DNA of 64,000 bases from an uncultured Eubacteriales bacterium (GCA_902798825.1 CADBYI010000010.1:16518-80517), one strand, 5' to 3'. Shown: positions 43,873-54,193, counted from the first letter of the stretch. The notes: a model not told the origin generated them from the letters alone. A program made the numbers and translations.

Positions 43873-45144
43873 ATGGATTTTTTGGATAAGGTCCGCATCG
43901 TCGTGAAGGCGGGCAACGGCGGCGACGGCTGCGCCGCCTTCCATCGGGAAAAGTTCGTCATGAAGGGCGGCCCCTCCGGCGGCGACGGCGGCAACGGGGG
44001 CAGCGTGATCTTCTATGCCGATCCCCGGCTCAACACCCTGCTGCCCTTCCGCTTCCAGCGGTTCTACCGGGCGGAGAACGGGGGCAAGGGCCAGATCGAA
44101 CTGAAGCGGGGCAAGGACGGGGCGGACATGGTCATCCACGTGCCCGTGGGCACCGTGGTCCGGGACCTTGAAACCGGGGCCATCGTGGCCGATATGTCCG
44201 AGCCCGAGCGGAGGAAGACCGTCATCCGGGGCGGCCGGGGCGGCAAGGGCAACGCCCGCTTCGCCACGCCCACCAAGCAGGCCCCCCAGTTCGCCCAAAA
44301 CGGTGTGAAGCTGGAGGAGCGGGAGATGGAGCTGGAGCTGAAGACCATCGCGGATGTGGGCATCATCGGCCTGCCCTCCGTGGGCAAGAGCTCCATCCTG
44401 TCCGTGCTCACCGCGGCCAAGCCCAAGATCGCCGCCTATCATTTCACCACCCTGACCCCCAATCTGGGCGTGGCGGAGCACAAGGGCAAGAGCTTCGTCA
44501 TGGCGGATATCCCGGGCCTCATCGAAGGAGCCGCCGAGGGGGCGGGCCTGGGCCACGACTTTTTGCGGCACATCGAGCGGACCCGGCTCCTCATCCACGT
44601 CATCGACGCCTCGGGCCTGGAGGGCCGGGACCCGGTGGAGGATTTTCACAAGATCAACGAGGAGCTGACCAAGTTTTCGCCGGCCCTCGGCGAGCTCACC
44701 CAGGTGGTGGCCGCCAACAAGATGGACCTGCCGGAGGCCCGGGAGAATCTGGACCGCATCCGGGCGGCCCTGGACGAGGAGGGGTACACCGTGTACCCCG
44801 TGTCCGCCGCCACGGGGGAGGGGTTCGAAGGGATGCTGGACGCGGTGATCCGGTTCCTGGAGCTGCTGCCGCCGGTGCTGGTGTATCCGGAAACGGAGCT
44901 GGAGACGGGCCCCCGGTACGAAAAGGGGTTCACCCTGACGAGAGGGGACGACGGGGCGTATGTGCTTTCCGGTGGCGAGGTGGACAAGCTCCTCGATTCC
45001 ACCGACCCCAACAATGAGGTCAGCATGCGCCGGTTCCAGCAGATGCTCATCAGGACCGGTATGATCTCCGCCCTGCGGGAGGCCGGCGCCCAGGAAGGGG
45101 ACACCATAAAGCTGGGTGAGTGGGAATTTGATTTTGTGGAATAG
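43873..45144 (+). CDS. obg: GTPase Obg/CgtA
   Basis: Glycine-rich Obg fold KAGNGGDGCAAFHREKF...GGPSGGDGGNGGSV. G1 GLPSVGKSS, G3 DIPGLIEGA, G4 NKMD. C-terminal OCT domain. Confidence 0.95.
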   Translation: MDFLDKVRIVVKAGNGGDGCAAFHREKFVMKGGPSGGDGGNGGSVIFYADPRLNTLLPFRFQRFYRAENGGKGQIELKRGKDGADMVIHVPVGTVVRDLETGAIVADMSEPERRKTVIRGGRGGKGNARFATPTKQAPQFAQNGVKLEEREMELELKTIADVGIIGLPSVGKSSILSVLTAAKPKIAAYHFTTLTPNLGVAEHKGKSFVMADIPGLIEGAAEGAGLGHDFLRHIERTRLLIHVIDASGLEGRDPVEDFHKINEELTKFSPALGELTQVVAANKMDLPEARENLDRIRAALDEEGYTVYPVSAATGEGFEGMLDAVIRFLELLPPVLVYPETELETGPRYEKGFTLTRGDDGAYVLSGGEVDKLLDSTDPNNEVSMRRFQQMLIRTGMISALREAGAQEGDTIKLGEWEFDFVE

Positions 45145-45163
45145 AGGTATGTATTGAAAGCCC

Positions 45164-45187
45164 GCACCTTTCTTGTAAGAAAGGTGC
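45164..45187 (+). terminator. Hairpin after obg (possible terminator, no clear T-run)
   Basis: gcacctttctt-gta-aagaaaggtgc, perfect 11-bp stem 20 nt after the stop. Confidence 0.45.
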
Positions 45188-45330
45188 AGCCAAAGAACTT
45201 TTAATTGGGATAAGCAATACGGAGACCTTTCACATTATCCCAGTTGCGCTTTTCTTTTTTCGGTTCTTTTTTTCTTTTCACACCGAAAAGAAAAAAGGAA
45301 CACAAGAGAGAATAAAAGGAGAATACATAC

Positions 45331-45606
45331 ATGACCGGAAAAGAAAGAGCCGCGTTCCGCAAGCAGGCCAACGCCCTGCCCGCCATCTTCCAGATCGGAA
45401 AGGAGGGCCTGTCGGGGAACATGCTGGTGGGCGTGGACAACGCGCTGAACAAGCGGGAGCTGATCAAGCTGACGGTCCTCGAAAGCTGCGACGAGGGGGC
45501 CAAGGACCTGTGCGACAGGATCTGCGCCGCCCTTGGCGCCGAGCCCATCCAGTGCATAGGCCGGAAGATCGTCATCTACCGAAAGGCCCCGGAGGAGAAG
45601 AAATGA
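45331..45606 (+). CDS. yhbY: Ribosome-assembly RNA-binding protein YhbY (CRM domain)
   Basis: 91 aa. L.P.FQIGK.GL...........L..RELIK......C matches YhbY/CRS1 domain proteins. Confidence 0.8.
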   Translation: MTGKERAAFRKQANALPAIFQIGKEGLSGNMLVGVDNALNKRELIKLTVLESCDEGAKDLCDRICAALGAEPIQCIGRKIVIYRKAPEEKK

Positions 45607-46073
45607 GGGGGAACTGGACGGAGATCTTTTCCCTGCTCAAGGCCTGGCGCTGGCGGGAGCTCCTCTACAAGCCCACGGACAATGCCACCCTCCAATTCCT
45701 CCGCTACCTCATCGTGGGCGGCTGCGCCTTCGTGGCGGACTTCTGCACGGTGTGGCTGCTGAAGGAGCTGGGCCTTCACTACCTGGTGGCGGGGGTCTTC
45801 GGCTTTATCCTGGGCGTGACCGTCAACTACATATTGAGCAAGTCCCTGGCCTTCTCCGGCAAGCAGGCCAACATGAGCCGGGAGGCGGAGTTCATGCTGT
45901 TCATCGTGATCTCCCTCATCGGCCTGGGCCTCACGGAGCTGCTCATGTGGGCGTTCACCGACGGGCTGGGCCTGTTCTACCTGCTGAGCAAGGCCATCGC
46001 GGCCGTCATCGTGCTGCTGTGGAACTTCTTCGCCAAAAAACTTATGTACCGAAAGAAACCCAACAAGGAGTAA
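45603..46073 (+). CDS. GtrA-family membrane protein
   Basis: ATGA overlap with yhbY. FLRYLIVGGCAFVADF...YILSK...F and the C-terminal LWNFFA.K...(Y/F) motif of GtrA-like proteins. 4 TM helices. Confidence 0.75.
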   Translation: MRGNWTEIFSLLKAWRWRELLYKPTDNATLQFLRYLIVGGCAFVADFCTVWLLKELGLHYLVAGVFGFILGVTVNYILSKSLAFSGKQANMSREAEFMLFIVISLIGLGLTELLMWAFTDGLGLFYLLSKAIAAVIVLLWNFFAKKLMYRKKPNKE

Positions 46074-46078
46074 AAACC

Positions 46079-46788
<710 letters not shown>

Positions 46789-46792
<4 letters not shown>

Positions 46793-48378
46793 AACAGCTT
46801 TGGCCTTTGATCCGCATACAGCTGCAGGGGTTCTTTCCCCTTCAGGCGGTGAAGAACGCCTCCGACGCCGCTGCGAAAAAGCGGGCCAGGCGCAGGCTCA
46901 CCTCCACCTTCGTCACCTTTCTGGCCTGCGTGTATATGTCCGCCGTGTACAGCATGGGCATGCTGGAGGGAGGATTGGACGCCGCCACCTACACCCTGGC
47001 CCCGGCCCTCATGCTGGTGGCGGGCTCGGTGCTGGGCGCCATCACCACCCTCACTAAGGCGGGCACCGTCCTGTTCTCCGCCGCCAGCTTGGACCCCCTG
47101 CTGTCCCTGCCCCTTTCCCGGCGGACGGTGGTCCTCTCCCGGCTGTTCTCCCTGTATTTTGAGGAGCTGCTGATCCAGGCGGGGATGCTGCTCACCTCCG
47201 GCGTCTGCTGTCAGATCGTCATCGGGGACCTGCCCGGGGCGTTTTGGCCGGTGCTGGTGCTGATCGTGTTCCTCTCACCCCTGATCCCCCTGGGGGTGGG
47301 CGGCCTCATCGGCCTGTTCGTGGCCATGCTCACGGCCCGCATGAAGAGCAAGAGCCTGTTCACCACCGTCTTTTCCATGGCCTTTATGGCCCTGATCATG
47401 TTCCTCTCCTTCAACGCCGGGACCATGTTCAACGACATGGCCAACATCGCGGCCTCCCTCCAGACCCGCCTCTTCTCCCTCTATCCTCCGGCCCGGCTGT
47501 TCGTTTCGGGTCTTTCGGGGAACGGTGGCGCCCTTCTGCTGTTCGCGGGCATCTCCCTTTTGGCCCTGGGGCTGCTGTGCCTGGCGGCCGTCAAGGGGTT
47601 CGCCTTCTTCTATGGCGCCATCAACGCCACCGCCAGCTCCGGCTCCTTCCGCCTGGGGCGGCAGAAGAGCACCGGTGCCCTCATGACCCTGTGCAAAAAG
47701 GAGCTGCGGCAGAAGTATAACACCCCCATCTGGATCATGAACACGGACATGGGCACCCTCATGGCCATTCTCATGACCGTGGCCCTGGTCGTGGCGGGGA
47801 AGGCGCCCGTACTGGAGGTGCTGGAGGAGGTCTTCGGCCGGGGCAGCGAGGCGGGGCTATTGTTCGGCCTCATCATCGCGGCGGTCCAGTGCGTGAATCT
47901 CACCGCCACCTCCTCCGTGTCCATGGAGGGGAAGGGCCTTTGGCTCATCAAATCCCTGCCCGTGAAGGCGGACGCCTGGCTGCGGAGCAAGCTCCTGGTC
48001 AGTATGCTGCCCCCCGCCGTGGGCGGCCTGGTGTGCGGACTGCTTCTCACCGTCGCCTGGCGGCTTCCCGTATGGAACTTTCCGCTGATTTTGGGCCTGT
48101 GCCTGCTCATCGCCTGGGCCTTTTCGGTGGTGGAGCTGGCGCTGGGCCTGCGCTTTGCCCGGTTCGACTGGGAGAACCCGGCGGAGGTGGTGAAGCAGGG
48201 CGGCGGCGTGCTATTGAGCATGCTGGTCACCTTCGTCTTCATCGGCGGCGGCGGGGCCCTGGTCATCTTCTTCGGATATTTGGGGGGACTGGCTCTGTGT
48301 GCGCTGCTGGTGCTGGTGGCGCTGCCCATCCGGCTTGCTCTGAAAAAGCGGTCGGAAAAAATGCTCACGAACCTTTAA
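46789..48378 (+). CDS. Putative ABC exporter permease (polytopic, ~12 TM)
   Basis: ATGA overlap with the ATPase gene. 529 aa, almost entirely hydrophobic helices. Called from context only. Confidence 0.5.
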
Positions 48379-48453
48379 TAATTTCGTGACAATTTGTACA
48401 CAGTGATGGTATAGTATAGTTGACCTGAAGATTAGGAATGCGGGGGATACAGA

Positions 48454-49308
48454 TTGAGCTTTGAAGAGATCTTAAAAACGCTGGGAAGCGGCCTGGGCCA
48501 GTTCGGCTGGAACGACCTTCTCGACATAGCGATCCTGACGGTGCTGCTCTACAAGCTCATCGTCTGGACCAAGGATACCCGCGCGTACGAGGTTCTAAAG
48601 GGCGTGGGCCTGCTGATCGTGGCCTCCGCGGCCACCCAGCTGCTCAGCCTCTACACCCTCAAGTGGCTCCTGGATTCCATCCTCCAATCCGGTACCATCA
48701 TCATCGTCATCTTCATCCTCTTCACCCCGGAGATCCGCCGGGTGCTGGAGCGGCTGGGCCGCAGCGGCAAGGCCATCGGCAAGCTCATCAGCGAGGCGGG
48801 GAACATGGGCGTGGAGGATTTGATCGAGGATCTGCACAAGACCATCCTGCGGCTGAGCCGCCGGCGAGTAGGCGCTCTCATCGTCTTTGAGCAGAAGACG
48901 GGCCTGGGGGACATCATCAGCACCGGCACGGCCATCGAGGGTCTGGTATCCGGCGCCCTGATCGAAAACATCTTCGAGCCCAACACGCCGCTCCACGACG
49001 GGGCGGTGGTCTGCCGGGGCAGTACCCTGGTGGCGGCGGCCTGCTTCTTGCCCCTCTCCGAGGAGACGGGCATTTCCCGGGAGCTGGGCACCCGGCATCG
49101 GGCGGCCCTGGGCGTGTCCTCCGTGTCCGACTGTCTGGTGCTGGTGGTCTCGGAGGAGACCGGCGCCATCTCCATGGCCCACGACGGGAAGCTGGTCCGG
49201 TATCTGGACAGCGTGGCGCTCAGACATCTGCTGGAGAGCGTCTTTTTGAAGAAGGGCAGCGGTATCTCCATCGGCCGGGGCCAGGGGCGCCGAAAGGGGG
49301 GCAAGTGA
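48454..49308 (+). CDS. cdaA: Diadenylate cyclase CdaA
   Basis: TTG start. Three N-terminal TM helices. DAC domain with GALIV.E...L......G, PLHDGAVV and GTRHRAA...SE..D.....VSEETG motifs. Confidence 0.9.
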   Translation: MSFEEILKTLGSGLGQFGWNDLLDIAILTVLLYKLIVWTKDTRAYEVLKGVGLLIVASAATQLLSLYTLKWLLDSILQSGTIIIVIFILFTPEIRRVLERLGRSGKAIGKLISEAGNMGVEDLIEDLHKTILRLSRRRVGALIVFEQKTGLGDIISTGTAIEGLVSGALIENIFEPNTPLHDGAVVCRGSTLVAAACFLPLSEETGISRELGTRHRAALGVSSVSDCLVLVVSEETGAISMAHDGKLVRYLDSVALRHLLESVFLKKGSGISIGRGQGRRKGGK

Positions 49309-49311
49309 GCC

Positions 49312-50664
49312 ATGAAGCAGTCTGACTTTTCGAAAAAACTTCTGTCCCGGCTCAAGGGCTTCTTCACCCGGAACCTGGGGCTGAAGATCGTGGCCTTCGT
49401 CTTCTCCATCCTCCTGTGGGCCTATGTGCTGGTGGCTTTGAACCCGGTGCGCACCAAGTCCCTGAGCGACGTGCCCATCACCATGGAGGGGTATACGGAC
49501 CTGCTGAGCCGGAACCTGATCCTGGTGGACTCCGATCTGGGCCTTGCCAACGTGGAGGTCAACGCCACCATCACCAACCACGCGGACCTGGATTCCAGCC
49601 GGGTCAACGCGAGGGCGTATTTGAGCACCATCTCCGCTGCGGGGACCTATCGGCTGCCGCTCAGCGTCACGGTCCAGTCCAATCTGGGCACCGTGGCCCG
49701 GGTGGACCCCCGGGCCGTCACGGTGGAGGTGGACAACCTGGTCCTCAAAACCGTGCCCGTGAAGCTGGAGCTGGTGGGCACCCTGCCCGAGGGCTATGAG
49801 ATCGTGGGGGAGAGTGTGGCCGGCACCATCACCATCGAAGGCGCCGCCCGCTACATCGAGCCGGCGGTCCGGGCCGTGGCCACCGTGGATTTGACGGATC
49901 GGACGGAGAACATAGAGGAGAGCGTGAACGTGACCTTCTACGACAAGGACGACAACGAGCTGACCGTGGTCACCCGCAGCCAGAATTCTCCCAACGTGAC
50001 CGTGCGCCTGTCGCTGTCCGCTTTCAAGCGGGTGGATGTCCGGCAGGCGGTGTCCCTGACGGACGATACCTATTATGCCCTGACCAGCGAGGTCAATCCC
50101 TCCTCCGTGGTCATCTACGGCACCAGCGAGCAGCTGGCGGCCATCGACAGCATCTCCACCCAGAGCCTGGTGCTCCCGGCGGCGGAGAACATCGTGTCCC
50201 AGGATCTGGAGCTGATTTTGCCGGACGGAATCTCTCTGAAGCGGGGCCAGAGCAGCTCCGTGGCCCTCTCTGCCAGCGTGATCGAGCGCAGGGGCGAGCG
50301 GACGCTGGAGGTGCCCTTGACCTATGCCCATCTCAAGGAAGACATGGCCATAGCCGACGGCGCGCCCACCTATGTGAACATCCTGGCGGAGGGTCCCCTG
50401 CGGCAGCTGGAGCTGCTGTCGCCGGACTTCTTCACGGTCCAGGTGGATTTGGCCAACTACGCCCCCGGCGAATGGGAGCTGGTCCCCTCCATCCAGGGAC
50501 CCACCAATCCCGGCAAGTTCCCCGACGTGAGCTTCACCCTCCAGGAGCAGCGGATACTGCTGACCCTGCTGAGCACATTGCCGGAGCCTACCCCGGAGCC
50601 CACACCGGAACCCACCCCGGAGCCCACGGCGGAGCCCGCCCCGGTGGACGTGACCACCCCGTAA
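49312..50664 (+). CDS. cdaR: CdaA regulatory protein CdaR (YbbR-domain protein) with C-terminal PEPT tail
   Basis: Starts 3 nt after cdaA. N-terminal TM (LKIVAFVFSILLW), then repeated YbbR-like beta modules. Confidence 0.8.
   Translation: MKQSDFSKKLLSRLKGFFTRNLGLKIVAFVFSILLWAYVLVALNPVRTKSLSDVPITMEGYTDLLSRNLILVDSDLGLANVEVNATITNHADLDSSRVNARAYLSTISAAGTYRLPLSVTVQSNLGTVARVDPRAVTVEVDNLVLKTVPVKLELVGTLPEGYEIVGESVAGTITIEGAARYIEPAVRAVATVDLTDRTENIEESVNVTFYDKDDNELTVVTRSQNSPNVTVRLSLSAFKRVDVRQAVSLTDDTYYALTSEVNPSSVVIYGTSEQLAAIDSISTQSLVLPAAENIVSQDLELILPDGISLKRGQSSSVALSASVIERRGERTLEVPLTYAHLKEDMAIADGAPTYVNILAEGPLRQLELLSPDFFTVQVDLANYAPGEWELVPSIQGPTNPGKFPDVSFTLQEQRILLTLLSTLPEPTPEPTPEPTPEPTAEPAPVDVTTP
50581..50640 (+). 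repeat. 12-bp tandem repeat encoding (PEPT)n
   Basis: ccg gag ccN acN units, about 5 copies, at the 3' end of cdaR. Confidence 0.8.
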
Positions 50665-50676
50665 AACGACATAGCT

Positions 50677-50709
50677 GCCCGGCTGCCCCAGGGGCGGTCG
50701 GGCTTTTTT
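50677..50709 (+). terminator. Intrinsic terminator after cdaR
   Basis: gcccggctgcccc / ggggcggtcgggc stem (two G-U pairs) followed by tttttt. Confidence 0.7.
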
Positions 50710-50715
50710 GAGGAT

Positions 50716-52335
50716 ATGGATATGATGCGTGTGATGATACCGGCCTTGCGGCAGTCCCTGGACGACGACGGGGACAGCTTTCGCCTGTCCGTGGCCCGGC
50801 AGCTGGGGGTGGACCCGGGGGAGATGGGTTCCCTTCGGGTCCTGCGCCAGGCGGTGGACGCCCGGAAAAAGAGTGACGTGTTCTTCAGCGTCCACGCCCT
50901 GGTGGACCTGCCCCCTCGGGCGGCCCGGCGGGTGCTGGCGGACAAAAACCGCCACGCCCAGCTTTGGGAGGAGCCGACGCCCCTGACCGTTGCCCATGGC
51001 CAACGGCCCCTCAAGGGCCGGGTGGTGGTGGTGGGCATGGGCCCCGGCGGCCTGTTCGCCGGCTGGCTCCTGGCCCGGGAGGGGTATCGGCCCCTGGTGA
51101 TCGACCGGGGGAAGGCCATGGAGGAGCGGGTCCGGGACGTGGAGGCCTATTGGGACAGCGGCCGGGCGGACCCGGAGAGCAACCCCCTCTTCGGCGAGGG
51201 CGGCGCCGGGACCTTCTCCGACGGGAAGCTGACGGCCCGGTCCAAGGACCCCCGCTGCGCTACGGTGCTGGACACCTTTTTGGCCTGCGGGGCGCCGGAG
51301 CAGATCGGCGTCCTGGCCAAGCCCCATGTGGGGACGGACCGGCTGCGGCAGGTGGTGAAAAACCTTCGAAACCAGATCGTTTCCCTGGGCGGAGAGGTCC
51401 GCTTCTCCACGAAATTGGAGGCCATCCATGCGCCGGACGGGCAGCTGCAGGCGGTGACATTGTCCCACGGCGGCAGCCGGGAGCGACTGGACTGCGGCGC
51501 CCTGGTCCTGGCCATCGGCCAGGGGGCCCGGGACACCTATGGGTATCTGTCCGACAGCGGCTTTGCCCTGGCCCCCAAGCCCTTTGCCGTGGGGGTCCGG
51601 GTCGAGCATCCCCAGACGCTCATCAACGAAAGCCAATACGGCGCCTTTGCCCGGCATCCCCGGCTGGGGGCGGCGGATTACAAGCTGACGAGCCAGGCCG
51701 GCGGCCGGGGCGTGTATTCCTTCTGCATGTGCCCCGGGGGCCTGGTGGTGGGCGCCGGGGCAGGTCCGGGCCAGATGGTGGTCAACGGCATGAGCAACTT
51801 CGATCGGGCCGGGGAGAACGCCAACGCCGCGCTGGTGGTCCAGGTGTTTCCGGAGGATTTCGGCAGCGGCCCCTTGGACGGCGTGGCCTTCCAACAGAGA
51901 TTGGAGCAGGCGGCCTGGAATCTGGGCGGCGGCCAGGGCTTGGCTCCCGCCTGTCGGCTGGAGGACTTTCTGGCGGGCCGGGGCACCGCCCGCTTCGGCT
52001 CGGTGCGGCCCACCTTTCGGCCCGGGGTCACGGGAGCGGATCTGAACCGGTGCCTGCCGCCCTTCGTGGCGGCGGGGCTTCGGGAGGCTTTTTCCACCTT
52101 CACCCGCCAGATACGGGGCTTCGGCATGGCCGACGCGGTGCTGACCGCCGTGGAATCCCGCACCTCCGCGCCGGTGCGCATCCTGCGGGGGGAGGACGGG
52201 CAGTCCCTCACCCATCGGGGCGTGTACCCCGTGGGGGAGGGGGCGGGCTACGCCGGGGGCATCGTTTCCTCCGCGGTGGACGGACTTAGGGCGGCGGAAG
52301 CCATCATTTCCCAATTTTGCCCTCAAACAGGCTGA
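50716..52335 (+). CDS. FAD-dependent protein (COG2509-type uncharacterised dehydrogenase)
   Basis: VVVVGMGPGGLFAGWLLAREG dinucleotide motif. FGEGGAGTFSDGKL and C-terminal YPVGEGAGYAGGI motifs characteristic of this family. The start could be 50716, 50722 or 50725. Confidence 0.75.
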   Translation: MDMMRVMIPALRQSLDDDGDSFRLSVARQLGVDPGEMGSLRVLRQAVDARKKSDVFFSVHALVDLPPRAARRVLADKNRHAQLWEEPTPLTVAHGQRPLKGRVVVVGMGPGGLFAGWLLAREGYRPLVIDRGKAMEERVRDVEAYWDSGRADPESNPLFGEGGAGTFSDGKLTARSKDPRCATVLDTFLACGAPEQIGVLAKPHVGTDRLRQVVKNLRNQIVSLGGEVRFSTKLEAIHAPDGQLQAVTLSHGGSRERLDCGALVLAIGQGARDTYGYLSDSGFALAPKPFAVGVRVEHPQTLINESQYGAFARHPRLGAADYKLTSQAGGRGVYSFCMCPGGLVVGAGAGPGQMVVNGMSNFDRAGENANAALVVQVFPEDFGSGPLDGVAFQQRLEQAAWNLGGGQGLAPACRLEDFLAGRGTARFGSVRPTFRPGVTGADLNRCLPPFVAAGLREAFSTFTRQIRGFGMADAVLTAVESRTSAPVRILRGEDGQSLTHRGVYPVGEGAGYAGGIVSSAVDGLRAAEAIISQFCPQTG

Positions 52336-52417
52336 TATTCGTACAAATTTCGAATAAATCGTCAACAAATCGCGTCCGCTATTTCCTTTTTGGTGAATGT
52401 ATGATATATACAGAGCT

Positions 52418-54118
52418 ATGAAAAAGCAATTGTGTCTGATCATCGCTCTCGTCCTATTGGCGGGATTCATAACCGTAACCCCCTCGACCGCGGCGGCCAG
52501 CAGCGGCCCGGCCCCTGCTGCCGGGCAACCGGCGGTCCTGGCTGACCCGGAGTATCTGCCCGGAGACGATCAGCCGGACGGCACCGTTTTGGGCACCGTG
52601 CTGGCGGAGTCCCTGACCCTTTGGGCGGAGGAGTACGAGGGAAGCGGCTCCCTGGGCGAGTTCGAAGCCGGCCAGGTGGTCTACATCTTCTATCGGACCG
52701 GGGATTTCTACTACGTGCAGATCCCCAGCACGGAGCTCATGGGCTATATGCTGGCGGAAAGCGTGGAGGCCCAGGACCCTGTCCCCGAGCCCACGCCGGA
52801 GCCCACGGAGGAACCGACGCCGGAACCTACGGAGGAGCCCACGCCGGAGCCCACGGAGGAACCCACGCCGGAGCCCACGGAGGAACCCACGCCGGAGCCC
52901 ACCGAGGAACCCACGCCGGAGCCCACCGAGGAACCCACGCCGGAGCCCACCGAGGAACCCACGCCGGAACCCACCGAGGAGCCCACGCCGGAGCCCACCG
53001 AGGAACCCACACCGGAGCCCACTGAGGAGCCCACACCGGAGCCCACGGAGGAGCCCACCGCCGAACCTACGGCAGAGCCTACCTCCGAGCCCACAGCAGT
53101 GCCCACGGACGTGCCCACGGCTGAACCCACAGCGGTGCCCACGGACGTTCCCACGGCCGAACCTACAGCGGCGCCCACGGATGTGCCTACCGCCGAACCC
53201 ACGGCTGAACCCACTGCAGCCCCCACGACCGAGCCGGTGGTGATTCCCACCGCCGAGCCAACGGCGGAGCCCACGCCTGTGCCTACGGACGAGCCCACCC
53301 CGGTGCCCACGGACGTGCCCACGCCCACGCCGGAGCCCACGCCCACCGAGGAGCCGGATCAGCCCAGCGGAACCATTCAGGGCGTCATCACCGCCAATAC
53401 CCTGGCCATCCGGACCGGCCCGGCTTCCAGCTATCAGGCCCTGGGCCAGTGGTATGAGGGACAGCTGGTGTACATCTATTACCAGGAGGATTCCTACTAC
53501 TACCTCAAGATCCCCGGCACGAACATCGAGGGCTATGGCGCTGTGAAGTATATCCAGCCCGACGGCGACGTCCCCGTGATCCAGCGGGCCACGCCCACCC
53601 CCACGCCCAGCGGCCCCTACACCGAGCCCACCTGGCAGATGATCGAAAACGCGGAGGATGCCGTGGCCACCAGCAGCGGCGTGCACGTGCGCAAGGGCCC
53701 CAGCACCAAGTACGGTCTGGCGGACAGCGACCTGAAGAAGGGCATGGAGCTGACCGTGTATTTGAGGGATGGGGATTGGTACTTCCTCCGGGTGGACAAG
53801 ACCGGCAAGTACGGCTACGTCCACAAGAATTACGTGAAGCTGACCGACGACGACGAGCCCACGCCCAAGCCCACCAAGCGGACAAGCGACGATGACGACG
53901 ACGATTCCGAACCGTCCATCCGCCTGAGCCAGGGCGACGTGAACGGGGACGGCCTGATCTCCGCCGCGGACGCGGCCATGGTGATGCGGTACGACGCAGG
54001 CCGGATCGAGCTTTCCAGCGCCCAGCTGAAGGCGGCGGATATGGACGGAGACGACCAGGTCACCAGCATGGACGCCAGGGCCATCCTGCGGTACGTGGCC
54101 TCCCGCCTGGCCAGATGA
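52418..54118 (+). CDS. Secreted protein: three SH3b-like domains, long PEPT/AEPT linker, C-terminal dockerin
   Basis: Signal peptide MKKQLCLIIALVLLAGFITVTPSTAAA. SH3b-like G..V.......(Y/F)Y(Y/F)(V/L).(I/V) segments. C-terminal GDVNGDGLISAADAAMVMRY and ADMDGDDQVTSMDARAILRYVA dockerin repeats. The track start at 52397 is less likely. Confidence 0.7.
   Translation: MKKQLCLIIALVLLAGFITVTPSTAAASSGPAPAAGQPAVLADPEYLPGDDQPDGTVLGTVLAESLTLWAEEYEGSGSLGEFEAGQVVYIFYRTGDFYYVQIPSTELMGYMLAESVEAQDPVPEPTPEPTEEPTPEPTEEPTPEPTEEPTPEPTEEPTPEPTEEPTPEPTEEPTPEPTEEPTPEPTEEPTPEPTEEPTPEPTEEPTPEPTEEPTAEPTAEPTSEPTAVPTDVPTAEPTAVPTDVPTAEPTAAPTDVPTAEPTAEPTAAPTTEPVVIPTAEPTAEPTPVPTDEPTPVPTDVPTPTPEPTPTEEPDQPSGTIQGVITANTLAIRTGPASSYQALGQWYEGQLVYIYYQEDSYYYLKIPGTNIEGYGAVKYIQPDGDVPVIQRATPTPTPSGPYTEPTWQMIENAEDAVATSSGVHVRKGPSTKYGLADSDLKKGMELTVYLRDGDWYFLRVDKTGKYGYVHKNYVKLTDDDEPTPKPTKRTSDDDDDDSEPSIRLSQGDVNGDGLISAADAAMVMRYDAGRIELSSAQLKAADMDGDDQVTSMDARAILRYVASRLAR
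52787..53355 (+). repeat. 24-bp tandem repeat (about 11 near-identical units, then degenerate 12-bp units) encoding PEPTEEPT / AEPTAVPTDVPT
   Basis: gagcccacgccggagcccacSgaggaaccc units are near-perfect from 52787 to about 53050. Degenerate variants continue to about 53355. Confidence 0.9.
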
Positions 54119-54136
54119 TCCGAATACGACCCCTGC

Positions 54137-54171
54137 GCGCACCCCTTTCTCCGGAACGGGGTGCGCTTTTT
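54137..54171 (+). terminator. Intrinsic terminator
   Basis: gcgcacccc ... ggggtgcgc 9-bp stem followed by ttttt, 19 nt after the stop. Confidence 0.8.
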
Positions 54172-54193
54172 CTGCCTTCCCGATGAAAAAAGC

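Noticed and set aside
45205-45243. DnaA-box-like sequences (ttgggataa / ttatcccag here; ttatcaaca at 40129-40137) as a possible oriC near recF-gyrBA
   Set aside because: Each matches TTATCCACA at only 7-8 of 9 positions. They are isolated rather than clustered, the pair at 45205-45243 simply forms a hairpin upstream of yhbY, and no dnaA gene is present.
48595-52470. 1291-aa minus-strand ORF, the longest in the track
   Set aside because: It is antisense to cdaA, cdaR and the FAD-protein gene, all of which have clear family motifs. Its product is Gly/Arg/His/Pro/Leu/Gln-rich, low in complexity and motif-free. Long stop-free antisense frames are expected in GC-rich DNA.
52787-53355. Regular short direct repeats that could be taken for a CRISPR array
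   Set aside because: The units are contiguous 12/24-bp tandem repeats with no unique spacers. They are in frame inside a signal-peptide-bearing gene and encode PEPT linkers. No cas genes are present.
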